NCBI GenBank assembly: GCA_021613535.1
Contig: CP075496.1
Location: 310,001 to 374,000 of the forward strand
Direction of reading: 5' to 3'
Length of the DNA stretch: 64,000 nucleotides
Source of the DNA: Adineta vaga
Lineage: Eukaryota; Animalia; Rotifera
The translations under genes were made by a program, and so were the position numbers. The first letter of the stretch is position 1. Every line of letters starts with the position of its first letter. The notes beneath the pieces were generated by a model. That model did no database searches. It was not told where the DNA came from and saw only the letters and a list, made by a program, of their open reading frames with translations. Shown here piece by piece: positions 26,431 through 39,048 of the stretch.

Positions 26431-27219
26431 ATGAGTTGGACAAAAGAAACATTCGAAAGATTATTTCATTGGAGCAATATTACATATATTGCAAATGCTT
26501 TTGATGAAGACATCTGGATTGGTTTTAAATCAAATGATTTGGAATTGGAAACAGCCCACATTGGACAGGATATTAGCGAATCGCAAGGAACTCTACCATT
26601 TAGTCTTCGATTAAACAAGATATCAGAGGTCGGTTGGATTAAATTAAAATCCGGTAATGTTCATAAACATAACAGAAGTTCCAAAACGGAAAGAATAACG
26701 ATTGTATGCACAAAAGAACTAAAGAAAGCTCTTGTGGCTGTGGACACAATATCGGCGGACGCTTCTAATACTACAACTGAAGACACTAACTTAATCATGG
26801 TACTGAACTACCAAATACAACAAAATTATTCTTACATTATGACTAAAAATGGCGAATTTTTACAGCAAAAATATGGAAGCAACAATTTCTTTCGAGATTT
26901 TTTAGGTAAAGATCACCATGTGAAACAAACAAACTCCAATACTTCTGATACAAATCAGAATGAGACACAAACAAACTTCGAGATTTCTGATACAAATCAG
27001 AATGAGACACAAACAAACTTCGAGATTTCTGATACAAATCAGAATGAGACACAAACAAACTTCGAGATTTCTGATACAAATCAGAATGAGACACAAACAA
27101 ACTCCGATATTTCTCGCACTGCTCCAGAAATTTCTGCATTTCTGTCAACTCTTTTATATTTCTCTGCATTAATTGGTGGTCCTTTGTGTGTCTTCGTTCT
27201 AGCTCTACATATTAAATAA
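26431..27219 (+). CDS. Hypothetical protein with 14-aa tandem repeats and a C-terminal TM helix
   Basis: 262-aa ORF; SDTNQNETQTNFEI x4; hydrophobic C-terminus. Confidence 0.7.
   Translation: MSWTKETFERLFHWSNITYIANAFDEDIWIGFKSNDLELETAHIGQDISESQGTLPFSLRLNKISEVGWIKLKSGNVHKHNRSSKTERITIVCTKELKKALVAVDTISADASNTTTEDTNLIMVLNYQIQQNYSYIMTKNGEFLQQKYGSNNFFRDFLGKDHHVKQTNSNTSDTNQNETQTNFEISDTNQNETQTNFEISDTNQNETQTNFEISDTNQNETQTNSDISRTAPEISAFLSTLLYFSALIGGPLCVFVLALHIK
26943..27112 (+). repeat. 42-bp coding minisatellite, ~4 copies
   Basis: ttctgatacaaatcagaatgagacacaaacaaacttcgagat repeated almost perfectly. Confidence 0.9.
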
Positions 27220-27986
27220 TTATTTAAACAACGCTTGAAAATTTTATAAAATAAATAAATAAAAACAAAAGCAAATATCGCTGCATTTATTACATAAATA
27301 ACGTAATGAAAATGATTAGATTAGTAAAACGAATTCCAATAACTTAGATCATCCGATCAAGAATTGTATTCTAAAAAGTTTCTATTCGATATTTTCACAT
27401 CTTACTTTTTAATCGGTAGAGTTGAATTGAATATCAATCTTCAAGCTACATAAATCTGATATTCACAACAAACGTGAAAAACAATAATTTTATAATTAAT
27501 TAATATAGAACCTGTGACGTTTCAGGTAATATTTGGATCTAAATTATTTTTGTTTCGTAGTGGTACTCTCGGTGTGTTTTTTCATGGAGTTTTCAACAAA
27601 AAAGCTAATAGAAAAAGTGAAATTTCTCTCGATAGTTGAGGGTTCATGTCGAGCAGAGAAAAAGAGAACAATCATTATCGCAATTCAATCCGTATATTCA
27701 TTGTGACTCACATATCACATCAAAACACACTGTTAGTTTATTCAATAGGGAAAAGAAAAGTTTGAATATATATTTGTTAAGATACTTATTTATATCTCTT
27801 GTTTGACTAGACGACTTAATATTATGTTGAGATCATTAGATCATTTTTGAATAAGATTTTTATTTCAGTTTGAAAGGACGTGGACGAGGTTACGAATATT
27901 CTTTTATTTTACTCTCATTCTCATTCTCGTCAAGATAAATGAACGAATCTCATTATATGGTTTGAAAAAATTTTAAAAAATGTACC

Positions 27987-30900
27987 TTAAAAAGCATTTG
28001 CATATAAAGCAGCACCTGAGCCTATACCATTGCCACCTTTCAATGCCCAGAAAGTAATATTGTATGTCATACCGACAACTGTAGGAAAATATTGTTCGAT
28101 AAATTGTATATTAGAAGTTGGTGTACACTTATTATTATAACACCAAACACTACCAGTTAAACAATCGGGCGAGTTCGTTACGAGAGCAGTACAGTTATTG
28201 GAACATGCAAATAGTTGCCAACCAGTCGAAGAGCCAGCTTCAAAATTCCCATTGGTTAGTATGTTTATTCCTGAACCATTGTTTGGTACAACAGTTACAT
28301 TGTCGACATACCAATCTTTGCCGGGTTGATCAGTTGCTGAACTAAATCGAATTCTTGCACTGGTACCTGTAGCTGTAAAAGTATTAGAATATTGTGCCCA
28401 TGTCGTTGGTGCAGCGTTGTTATCAAATTTTTCAAGTAATCCGGTCGCAGTAAAATTACAAGCCATTGCTAAAAAAAAAGATACTCAAAGAATTGTGTTT
28501 AGATTATCTTACTCGTTGTAGTAGTTGTCGATGTAGTGCCTATTGAAAGAAATGAAAATAAGCAATATGGTTTCTATAGAATAGAAATACACACTGGTGC
28601 TTGTAGTTGAAGTAGTTGATGTCGATGTTGATGTTGTACTAGTTGTTGATGTTGTCGAAGCTGAAAATATCGATTTAAATTATTGATTATATTCAAAATA
28701 TAATTTGAAGAAAGTATTGGTATATAAATATGATTAAAAGAGTAAATTAATAACGAGATATCAGTTAGAATTCTTTCTATAGAATGATTCTGTAAACATT
28801 TGAGATACTCTAAGAATAAAAAGCTTCGTAGTTTCTTAGTGTTTTTTTCGACGACTATGTTCTGAAAATTATGCAGTTTGCTTCTCCGATCAGAAAAACT
28901 AGTTATATTAAGTTAATTTTGAAAATAAATATCAATGAATAATATAGAAGACTACTGCAAAAAAGATATTTTAAAGAGAAATTGGAAATTTTCTTACTGG
29001 TAGTTGATGTTGTTGAAGTTGTCGATGTTGAAGTAGTGGATGTAGAAGATGTCGTGGAAGTTGTCGAAGTAGTTGATGTTGTTGAAGTTGTTGACGTTGT
29101 TGAAGTAGTGGATGTAGTTGAAGTTGTTGAGGTCGTGGATGTTGACGTTGTTGAAGTTGTCGATGTTGTTGAAGTCGTAGATGTTGACGTTGTCGAAGTT
29201 GTCGATGTTGTTGAAGTCGTCGAGGTAGTAGAGGTCGTAGAACTTGTCGAAGTAGATGTCGTGGAAGTGGACGAAGTGGATGTCGTAGAAGTGGTTGAAG
29301 TGGACGTCGTTGATGTGGTCGTTGTAGTGGTTACGGATGTCGTTGTAGTTGCAGCTGAAAAAATAGTAAAAGATATTTTAGAAAAATTATTTTATTTTAA
29401 TTAATATCGGAGACAAAATAAATCTGACTTTAAGACCTCATATTGAAAAATTCTAGGGTGCGGGTTATGGGTTGAGAGTATAGCTTGAACTACATCCACA
29501 CCCTCTTTATTCTTACTTGTTGTTGTGACTGTTGTTCTTTGTGTTGTAGACGTTTTTGGAACTAAAACAAAAGGAAAATTTCAAGAATCATTCAATAGAT
29601 AAACGTAGAGTTTGAACATATAACTATAAACATTAGTTTGTTATTAGAAAATATAAATAGATTGAGAAATAGATGACGAAATGAAAAATCACTCACATAA
29701 AGTCAAAAGAAGAATTGTAGTAATAGCAATTGCTAGAAGACCAAGACATAATCCGCAAGTAAGCAGTCGACAGATCATTGAGAAAACACATCTTTTTCTT
29801 TTACGTTCTCTTTGAATTAGTAAATAAAATGAGAGATTATCAATTGATCAAATAATTTCATATTGTTACTAACCCAATTATATTCATTGACTTTTCCAAT
29901 CGATTTCGACGTACCATATAATTACGATTATTCATTCTACGATGACCTCCTATCGGAATTTTATCTTCATATAATGAACCGTGGGTCCGTGGTCTACGTA
30001 ATGACTATAAAAATAAACAAAAAGAAATATATCCATTATAAAAGTAGCAATATAGAAAAGTTGTAATCCAGAAATAAATGATCTGATCAGTTTAAATTAC
30101 TAAAAACTCTTCCATATAGATTTACAACTATAATATTCAACATCATGAAATATTTCATATTGATCTTAAAAAACGAATCTGATACTGAAATAACACATAC
30201 TTGTAATGATGATGCATAGGATTCGTGATCAACAGAATTATGTTGAAATGGTTGTTTGAATATATTGTCATTATTAATCTTGTTGGATGTTGGTAATACG
30301 CAAGTTCGATTGTATTGAATTGTAGTGTTTAATTCATTATAATTTGAATTCTAAAACATAAGATCTTTGTTTAATTATTCTTTAAAAGAAAATATGTCAA
30401 ATTTTACATCAATAGGTGATGTATGAATAGAAATTTCATCACTGATGTCAGGTATACTTGAAACTCGTCGAACGGTAACACCACTAAAACGACTTTCAGA
30501 TTTCTTTCGATTAATTTGTACTTTCTAAAAATAAAAATCATTAGAAAAAGAAATTGATTTAATATATATATTTATATTTCAAATACATTTTTTGTTATTG
30601 ATGGACTAAGAGAATGATCATATCTGTTCACTACACTATTTAGTGATCCTATATAAACACCACTGAATTTTTGCGATTCAATTAAATGGCCATCTTTTGG
30701 TGTCTACAAATGAAGAATATTTATTATATGAAATTTAGCTTCTCCATATGATCTCAGAAAGTAAAACAATTTTGATATTTTTTTTAAATATTTAATCAAA
30801 GAATATCTTAATTACAATAAAAAGATTTCCATGATACATATTTTACTTACAGTTTTTATTGACGTATTCGAAACACTTCGTACTCGTTTGATGCTCACAC

Positions 30901-31203
30901 CACTAATAGATGATTTCCTTATCATCGGAGTTTCTTGTGAATTCTAAAAATCGAAACAAATAATATAAAATTATTTTCTCTCGAACTATTTTGTTTAAAT
31001 AAACGTTGATATATTTTAATGTAAATTAATTGATATATAAAATGATTACATACCTGAGGTGTTGATGTTCGACTAATTCCACTTTCGAATAAATCAACAG
31101 AAACAACATATGGATTACTATTTTCTATGGGTGATATCATAGGAGATATAGTGGAATGAACGGTTGGAATTCGTTTTGTTTTTGTTACAATGACACTTTT
31201 CAT
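27987..31203 (-). CDS. Type II membrane mucin-like protein: cytoplasmic N-terminus, TM, Thr/Ser-rich stalk, C-terminal CBM4/galactose-binding-like domain
   Basis: About 12 short exons; TM exon ~29696-29815 (RKRKR...LCLGLLAIAITTILLL); TTSTTS stalk exon ~28998-29354; last exon 27987-28468 with WYVDNVTV and LTNGNFEAG..TGW motifs. Confidence 0.7.
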
Positions 31204-32141
31204 GTCTTTGTTGTCTAAGAATAAATACGATTTTCTTTCGCTTTTTAATTATTTTAACAAATGATCAGTTTCTTTGTATTTTGTCAATCTTGTAATTTCT
31301 ATAAAGAAATGTACTTTTTTTTATGGGCGATTTCATATTAAATAAGAAAAGAAAAACAAATAAAAGAATTGTTTTTCATTCTTTTCAATTGAAATCAACA
31401 ATATGACCAATTCATATGGATTCCTATGATCGAGATATATAATCTCCTAGAGAAACAATAGACGATAGTTATAGAACAAGAAGATTATTTTTGTTTTACT
31501 ACTTATACAATATATTAATTAAAAATAAATATCAATATACATTTCATAGAAAACTTTTTGAAATAAATAGAATATATAATAAGAAATATAAAATATTTTG
31601 ATTTATGAATTACAATGATATAAAGAATCTTAATAGATCAAATAAAAAGAAAATTTTCATTGGTAATACATTCAACAATGAAAATCATCGTTAAACATCG
31701 ACAATCAATATGAATATTTCTTTGTTCACTTTTTAATTTAGGAAATACTAATGATTGATTCTCTCGAAATCACTAACTATTAATGGAACAATGTTATTTT
31801 CATTCTAGACTAAGACAAAGATGATATGAGTGAAATTTCATCCAAGTGCTTTGTCTTATTGATTCTCGTTTTATTTTCTTTTTCATAAAATATTAGAATA
31901 TCTATATATTTTAAGGTTGTTTATCGAATGTTTATTGTCGATTTTACGCAGTTAATTCACGATGATATTCGTCACATGGACATCGAAGAGAAACGAGAAT
32001 GTATATAATTATTCATACCTTTAGAAAAAATATATTTCTGCATCGATAAACACTATTACATATATATGACATGACAAAAAAAGAAGCCCTTATTCATAAA
32101 TTTGTTTATTATCGTATTTACCTTTTAATTTTTAACTACAA

Positions 32142-35100
32142 ATGTTAACAAAAAATACTTATGTAGAAATTGATGAATCACAAGAACGATCAAGTGATAA
32201 TGAAAATATCAATGAAAGAAATGAATTACCATCCAATTTATTAAACAAAATAGATTCTAAATTAAATGAAGAAAATAATTTCGAAAATATAGAAATGGTT
32301 GGAATTGCAAGACGATCAATCGATATAGTGGATAAAGTAATATTAAAAAATGATCGTTTAGTAGAAAATGTTTTTGAAAAATTGAAATTAACAAATTTGA
32401 ACTTATATAATAATATCGAAAGTGAAATTAGTCCAATTAAAGGATATGCTGATGAACCATTATTACCACTTTCAAAAGCATGTATTCCATTGAAAGATAT
32501 TCTTTATGATTTATCATCTTATGTTGACTTAGCATTACGAGAAACACCTGAACAACCACCAGATGAATTGACTATTGATGAAAGTGCTGCTATTCGTCTC
32601 TATACAATGGAATGGGATGCACCACATCGAAGTCTTTATTCATTACTTAATTTCAATCTAAAAACAGCTAATCATAAAGAACTTTTACCATTTTTCAAGT
32701 ATCTTAAATTATTCTTAAGTGCTCTAACTAAATTACCATGTGTTCCATCATTAACTGTTTGGCGTGGTGTTACGAAAGATTTAACTTCAGATTTTCCACC
32801 AGGTACTCGAGTAACATGGTGGTCATTTTCTTCATGTACAACTGAAATGACTGTATTAGAAAATAATATGTATTTGGGTCGTGAAGGTGATCGAACACTT
32901 TTCTCTGTTGAAGCTATCAATGGTCGATGTATACGTGATCATTCACATTTTGTTACTGAAGATGAAATTCTTCTTCTTCCTGGTACTCATATGATTGTTC
33001 AATCACAACTTAGTCCAGCATCAAATCTTTATATTATTCATTTGAAACAAGTTAAACCTGATATAGAATTATTAGAATTACCATTCGAAGGTATTTTTCA
33101 AAATTATATTCAGTAATTATTTTGATTATCTTGATTATATTTTTAGGTGCACATCTTTTTCCAAAAGAAATGTAAGTCAATTAGTTTTTATATTGTTTAT
33201 TTAATACAAAAAAAAAATTGTCTATTATTTTCTAAGACATCCTTGGTATTGGAAGAAAAGATTTACAATTCCAATCGTTTTTTTAATTATTTTATTTATT
33301 GGTGGTATTATTCTTGGTGCTGTTCTTGGAACACGAAAATCATCTCCTATGAATAGTAAAATTTGTTGTTAGATAGATCTTCTATTATATTCAACTGAAT
33401 ATTATTTATTTTAGTAATATCATGTACTAATCCATTGGAATCATTTGATTATATTAAAGTTGGACAATATCCATCTTCGATCGTATTAGGTCATTTTAGA
33501 AACAATAGTTATCTTGATGCAGCAATAACAATTGCTAATGAAAATGCTGTGATTGTACTTCTAGGTGAACCTACTGAAATTCTTCGTACTTCAAAGATTA
33601 CGACTGGCGAACAACCAATGTTTATTATAGCGACTGATTTTAATAATGATACAATAATAGATATAGCAATTGTTAACAATGGTGATGATACTGTTATTGT
33701 ATTATTAGGTGTAGGAAATGGACTTTTTCAAGATAAAAAAGTCTATCGAGTAGATACTTCACCATCTTGTCTTATATCAGCTGATTTTAATAATGACAGC
33801 AAATTGGATTTAGCCATAGTGAGTCAAGACAGTAATATTGTTAATGTGCTACTTGGTGATGGACAGGGAGCCTTTCAAAGTTCATTTAATAATTCAGTTG
33901 GTTATTTTCCATCATTTATAATATCCGTTGATTTTAATCATGATAACAAATTAGATTTGGTAGTTAGCAATACTTTTGATAATACTATTAGTGTATTGAT
34001 TGGTTATGGTGATGGAAATTTCCAAACGCACATGACATATTCTACTGGCTTGTATCCAACATGTTTGGTATCAGCTGATTTTAATAATGATAATAATTTA
34101 GATATAGCAGTAACTAATAGTAAAAATAATACAGTCAGTATTTTACTTGGCATAGGAAACGGAAGTTTTCATAGTCATCTCGAATATGTAACGGGTTCGT
34201 ATCCTTTGTCTATTGGATCAGGTGATTTTGATAATGATAAAAATACAGATTTGGCAATAACCAATAGTGAAGAAAATACCATTAGTGTCTTATTCGGTTA
34301 TGGAAATGGTACATTTAAAGATCAAATTAAATATGGAACTGGTAGCTATCCTGTTTATTTGATGGTCGATGATTTCAACGACGATGGTAGCACAGATTTA
34401 GCAGTACTTAATAATGAGGACAATACTGCTAGTATGTTTTTTGGTCTAGGCAATGGTACCTTGAAGTTTATACAATCGTTTAGTACTGGTAATTCTCCAA
34501 AATCATTCGCTGTCGCTGATTATAATAATGACAAAAAATTAGATTTTGCAGTAGTTGAACAAACTGATAATACCGTTAGTGTATTTCTTGGCGAAGGACG
34601 TGGAAATTTTCAAATTGCGCTCAAATATACTACGGAAAAATATCCATCATCTATTATCTCCGCCGATTTCGATAATGATAATAAACAGGATTTAGTCATT
34701 ACTAATAGTGAAGTAGATACTGTTAGTATACTTTACGGAGTTGGTGATGGATTTTTTCGATCTCCCATAAGCGTTACTGTTGGTAGTTTTCCAACTTCTG
34801 TAACATCGTTTGATCTTAATAAAGATGGATACATAGATTTAGCTGTAGCAAACAAAGGCGATAATACCATTCGGATATTTTTTAATACGGCCAATCAAAC
34901 GTTTACGATGTTTTTAAATTATACAATTGGTAATTGGCCATCTTCTATCATATCAGCTGATTTTAATCAAGATGGAAATATAGATTTAGCAGTGACTAGT
35001 AGAGATGATAATATTGTTAGTGTAATGCTTAATAATGGTAATGGTATTTTTCTTACTTCAGTTAATTATACAGTTGGTAAATCACCATCATGTGTTCTAT

Positions 35101-35489
35101 CAATAGATGTTAATAAAGACACATATGATGATTTAATAGTTACTAATTATGGTCATAATACTATTAGTATATTACTTAACGATCGAAATGGAACATTTTC
35201 TAATAGAAATACTTTTACAGTTGGTAGATATCCATCTTCTGTAGTAGCATCTGATTTTAATAACGATCAATATACGGATTTAGCAGTTGCTAACAGTGGT
35301 AGTAATAGCGTAAGTTTATTGTTAGGTAATGGTGATGGTACATTTCAATCTCAAATTAAATATACTACTGGAATCTTTCCAACTTCTATTAAAACAGGCG
35401 ATTTAAATAACGACCAAAGACCAGATCTTATTGTAACAAATGGCAAATCGAACGATGCATATATTTTTTTGAACAAATGTAAAAACTAA
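32142..35489 (+). CDS. Receptor-like type II membrane protein: N-terminal arginine-type mono-ADP-ribosyltransferase - TM - ~13 FG-GAP/VCBS repeats
   Basis: Exons 32142-33090, 33147-33171, 33237-33355 and 33415-35489 join in frame (phases 1, 2, 1); ART triad WRG / FSSCT / EDE; TM WKKRF-TIPIVFLIILFIGGIILGAVLG; FG-GAP repeats DFNxDxxxDLAV. Confidence 0.88.
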
Positions 35490-35718
35490 TCTTGGATGTG
35501 GGTTTGCATGTCTTTGTCCTCTTCACTCACACTCGCTAATTTGTTTATCATTTGCTGTAAGATAGAAATGTTCCAAGACGAATGTTTATGTTTTATTTTC
35601 AAAGAAAAACTACTTATGCACACTACATTTGAAAACAAAAACGAAAAAGAAAGTAAAGAAGATCCATATAAATGAGATGAATAAAGTCAGCTAAATTGAA
35701 AGATATGTGTATACCAAA

Positions 35719-36948
35719 TTAAGGTAAATTCCATTCACTTTTAGAATCACGACGACGACTTAAACCAGCATTTGTTTTTGGTAGAATGTAATTGTAGTTA
35801 TACTTTTTTCCTTTGTTCAAACGACCATAAGTCTTTACTCCTTTGCTACAAGTTAACCCAAAATTTGTATAGCCTTTTTTGCATTGTTTTAAACAATCTT
35901 CGGATGCTTCATCGTCACCTGCTAAACATTCCGATTGATAACAACCAGCACTTGATACTGCATAGGTTGGACTTCCTTCACAAGCACGTGAATGTGTTGA
36001 ATCAAATGGATTCTTTTGAGTTGGATGAGTGCTAATACCACTTGGACCCCAAGAAAAACCTCCCGTCTTATCAGCAGCCAACCAAGCTTCATCACTACCT
36101 TCAAGATCAATTAATTTCTTCGAAGTATCCATATAATCGGAGTCTGATTTTGGATCACGAAAATCAGCATAATAAGCACAATTACCAACACCTTTTGGAC
36201 CAACCGTATTGGTATCATGATAAGAACCATGAGCAATCTTTCCAACATAAACAATTGGACGATCTCCAGTAGTTTTGAAGCCATGAGAACCAGCACACCG
36301 TCCAGTACCAGAAGGAGTACAAGGAGCTTTACGTGGTCCCGAGATACGAGTGTAATGACCATCGTGCTGAAAAAAGCTAACGGCAGCCACTTTAGTCTTA
36401 TCTTCGGTAAGAATTACCATAATATGTTCCCAATCACCATTATGTTTACCTTCACTTGACCAACATGGATGTTGATATCCATAAAACCACCAATATACAA
36501 TACGCATTTGATTTCCATCAGTACGAACCATATAATATGTTGGAATTGTACCAGCACTTAGTGTACTTTTATCTGTATTTTCTTTTCTGAATGATGATGA
36601 ACTATCATTCATATAAGCTTCATAATAAACTTGAGCTGACATTGGATATCCTTCTGTAGCACGATCAAAACGAAGTTGAGGAGCAAATTTTGCTGCATAC
36701 GTATAACTATCAGTAGTTCGTTTCTCTTGTTCTTCATCAGAATTATCATTTTCGCTTTCCGTAATATATCGACTCATTTTGACAACGTTTTCAAGATCCA
36801 ATAATCGACGAACATATTGAAATTCTCCTTCTGAATTTTCTTCCGACTGAATATTCATCGATTGTACTACCAAAAGTTGCCATGCGAAAATACACACCAC
36901 GATTAACATCAATGTATTCTTTTGAAGATTTCTTTTTAATAAAAACAT
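35719..36948 (-). CDS. Secreted Vps62/NPP1-like domain protein with acidic propeptide and Cys-rich tail
   Basis: Signal peptide, acidic pro-region ending in EKR, FAPQLRF, YWWFYGY, HNGDWEH, HGSY motifs and C..GY...GL.C; the true start may be the second Met. Confidence 0.75.
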   Translation of the reverse strand: MFLLKRNLQKNTLMLIVVCIFAWQLLVVQSMNIQSEENSEGEFQYVRRLLDLENVVKMSRYITESENDNSDEEQEKRTTDSYTYAAKFAPQLRFDRATEGYPMSAQVYYEAYMNDSSSSFRKENTDKSTLSAGTIPTYYMVRTDGNQMRIVYWWFYGYQHPCWSSEGKHNGDWEHIMVILTEDKTKVAAVSFFQHDGHYTRISGPRKAPCTPSGTGRCAGSHGFKTTGDRPIVYVGKIAHGSYHDTNTVGPKGVGNCAYYADFRDPKSDSDYMDTSKKLIDLEGSDEAWLAADKTGGFSWGPSGISTHPTQKNPFDSTHSRACEGSPTYAVSSAGCYQSECLAGDDEASEDCLKQCKKGYTNFGLTCSKGVKTYGRLNKGKKYNYNYILPKTNAGLSRRRDSKSEWNLP

Positions 36949-37599
36949 ATTTTAAATACTTCTTACCTGAGAAATAAAAATCCAATAAATAGAATACTAT
37001 TTTTCTTCTATTAATGAATGAGATATTTACTTTCTCCTTGCTTGAAATATACATACAAATAAAAGCATATCAATACTCTATATATAATCCTGATCGTTTA
37101 TTACGATTCTTATTGATCATGATCAAAATAACATAACAAGTTAATTTTTATCATATTTTCGCGTAGGAAAATCACAATTTAAGAAAGTATTTTAGAGGAC
37201 GTTTTTATTGATATATTACTACATATATAAAATATTACTGTTCAAGGACACATATATATCCTTACGTTTCATGCAGTTTGATTTGAAAAAGAACAACCTT
37301 CTATTTTTGTTTCTAATAATATATGTTAAATACACGAGTGATTCAGTATACAAAAAAATATATAAGATTTGTCAGGGATTTTCGATCCTATTATTTCTTC
37401 ATATAATCGATAAAGGTAAATAAAAATATTAAAACGTAATATATAAATACGTAAAAGAAAAATAGATCAGTCATTGAGAATGACATTGAATTTAATGATC
37501 TATTTCTTCCTAAGAAAAAGATGAAAGTTTTGATATCTTTGACAATGTTATATTAACGAATATAAAATGAGTAGATCGTTGCTTAAAACATAAGAAAAA

Positions 37600-37652
37600 C
37601 CATCTTGAAGGTGTGGGCGTGTTTCTCTTGTTAACCCACACCCTTAAGATGG
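37600..37652. repeat. Telomere-like hairpin element
   Basis: ccatcttgaaggtgtggg / cccacacccttaagatgg: 18-bp arms with 2 mismatches and a 17-nt loop. Confidence 0.8.
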
Positions 37653-37995
37653 TATGTATATTTATTCGATGTATGTAAGTTTATATATTGGATTGTATTA
37701 TTTATTTCGTTATTCATCAAAAATCTAGTTCATGAATTTCAAATGAATTATCATCTTTTGTTAATTAAACCAAAGAACTCTATGATAAAGTAAAATTGCT
37801 TGCTCATAATATAACGACTTCTACGACGATCTGACCATTAGAGAGAGTAGTCTCACCGATGATAATGTTCACATAATCATGAATGGTATATAACTCTAAT
37901 CCATCCATTCGAAGTGTACACATTGGAATATATATTTGATATTAATAATTTCAAATTTGTATCAAGAAAAAAACAAACAAACAAAAACATCTCAA

Positions 37996-39048
37996 TTAAG
38001 GAGTATCTAGAAAATGACGAATAACATTCATAGTTTTCTCGTGTTCTTCGACGTGTGGCATATGACTACTTTCATTGAATAAAACCTGTTGGACACTATT
38101 GTTGATCCGTTCACGATAGGGTATTTGAGTACGAGGTGTTGCTTCATCATACCGACCAGAATAAGTAAGAGTCGGTACTTCGATAAGATGTAATCGATCG
38201 ATAATACTCCAATTTTTCAATGAACCAGTAACATAAAATTCAGAAGGACCCCACATTGTTAGATACACCGTTGGATCAAGCATATATTGTGCGACACTAG
38301 CTTTGCATTCTGCTGGCAAGGGATCGACTCGACAAACATATTGATTATTAAAAATACGCATGGCTTCCTGATATTCATCACTCGTTGTTGTGTCCGCTTG
38401 TTCATGTTTTAATAATGCTTGTTGCACTTCAGGAGGGAGTTGATCTCTCAATAAATTGACCTCTGTTACTCCAAGAGGTAGATCTGATGGACTACTAGCC
38501 AGAATAAGACGTCGCAAACCAGATGGTTGTCGTACTGCATATTCACAAGCCAACATACCACCCCATGATTGACCAAGTAAATCATAACAAGAAGAAATGT
38601 TTAGATATGAAAGAAGATTGTCCAACTCTTCTAAGAAGAGTGAAATTGTCCAATATTCTGGTGTAACTTCTGGTAAATGTGTGGATAATCCACATCCTAT
38701 TTGATCATAATGAATCACTGCTCTTTTATCTGAAGCTAAAGCTTTAAAACTGTCCGTATAATTATGTGCCATGCCTGGTCCTCCATGAAGAATAACTAAA
38801 GGTGGAACATCATCATTTAAGTTGCCTGTAATACGGTACCAAGTTTTATAATTTCGAAATGGAGCATATCCTTCAACCTAAATACGAAAAAAATATTAAG
38901 AAAAAAACAATCAATTCTAATATTCTATGAGTTTATTCTTTTTCTTCTTCTTCTTCTTGTATCAATTCAATATGTCTATTTTACATGATACTAAAAATCG
39001 ATAGATAATAATGTAAGAAACATTTCCATATACCTTAGAGATGATCAT
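37996..39048 (-). CDS. pip: Proline iminopeptidase / proline-specific peptidase (alpha/beta hydrolase, S33), bacterial-type, with one intron
   Basis: Exon 39034-39048 (MIISK) + exon 37996-38877; HGGPG, YDQIGCG, GQSWGG nucleophile, GRYDE, SSHMPH. Confidence 0.88.

Noticed and set aside
26943-27112. Possible CRISPR-like array
   Set aside because: Head-to-tail 42-bp repeats with no unique spacers, in frame within a CDS
28982-29404. 140-aa Val/Asp/Glu-rich ORF on the + strand
   Set aside because: Antisense shadow of the Thr/Ser-rich mucin exon on the - strand
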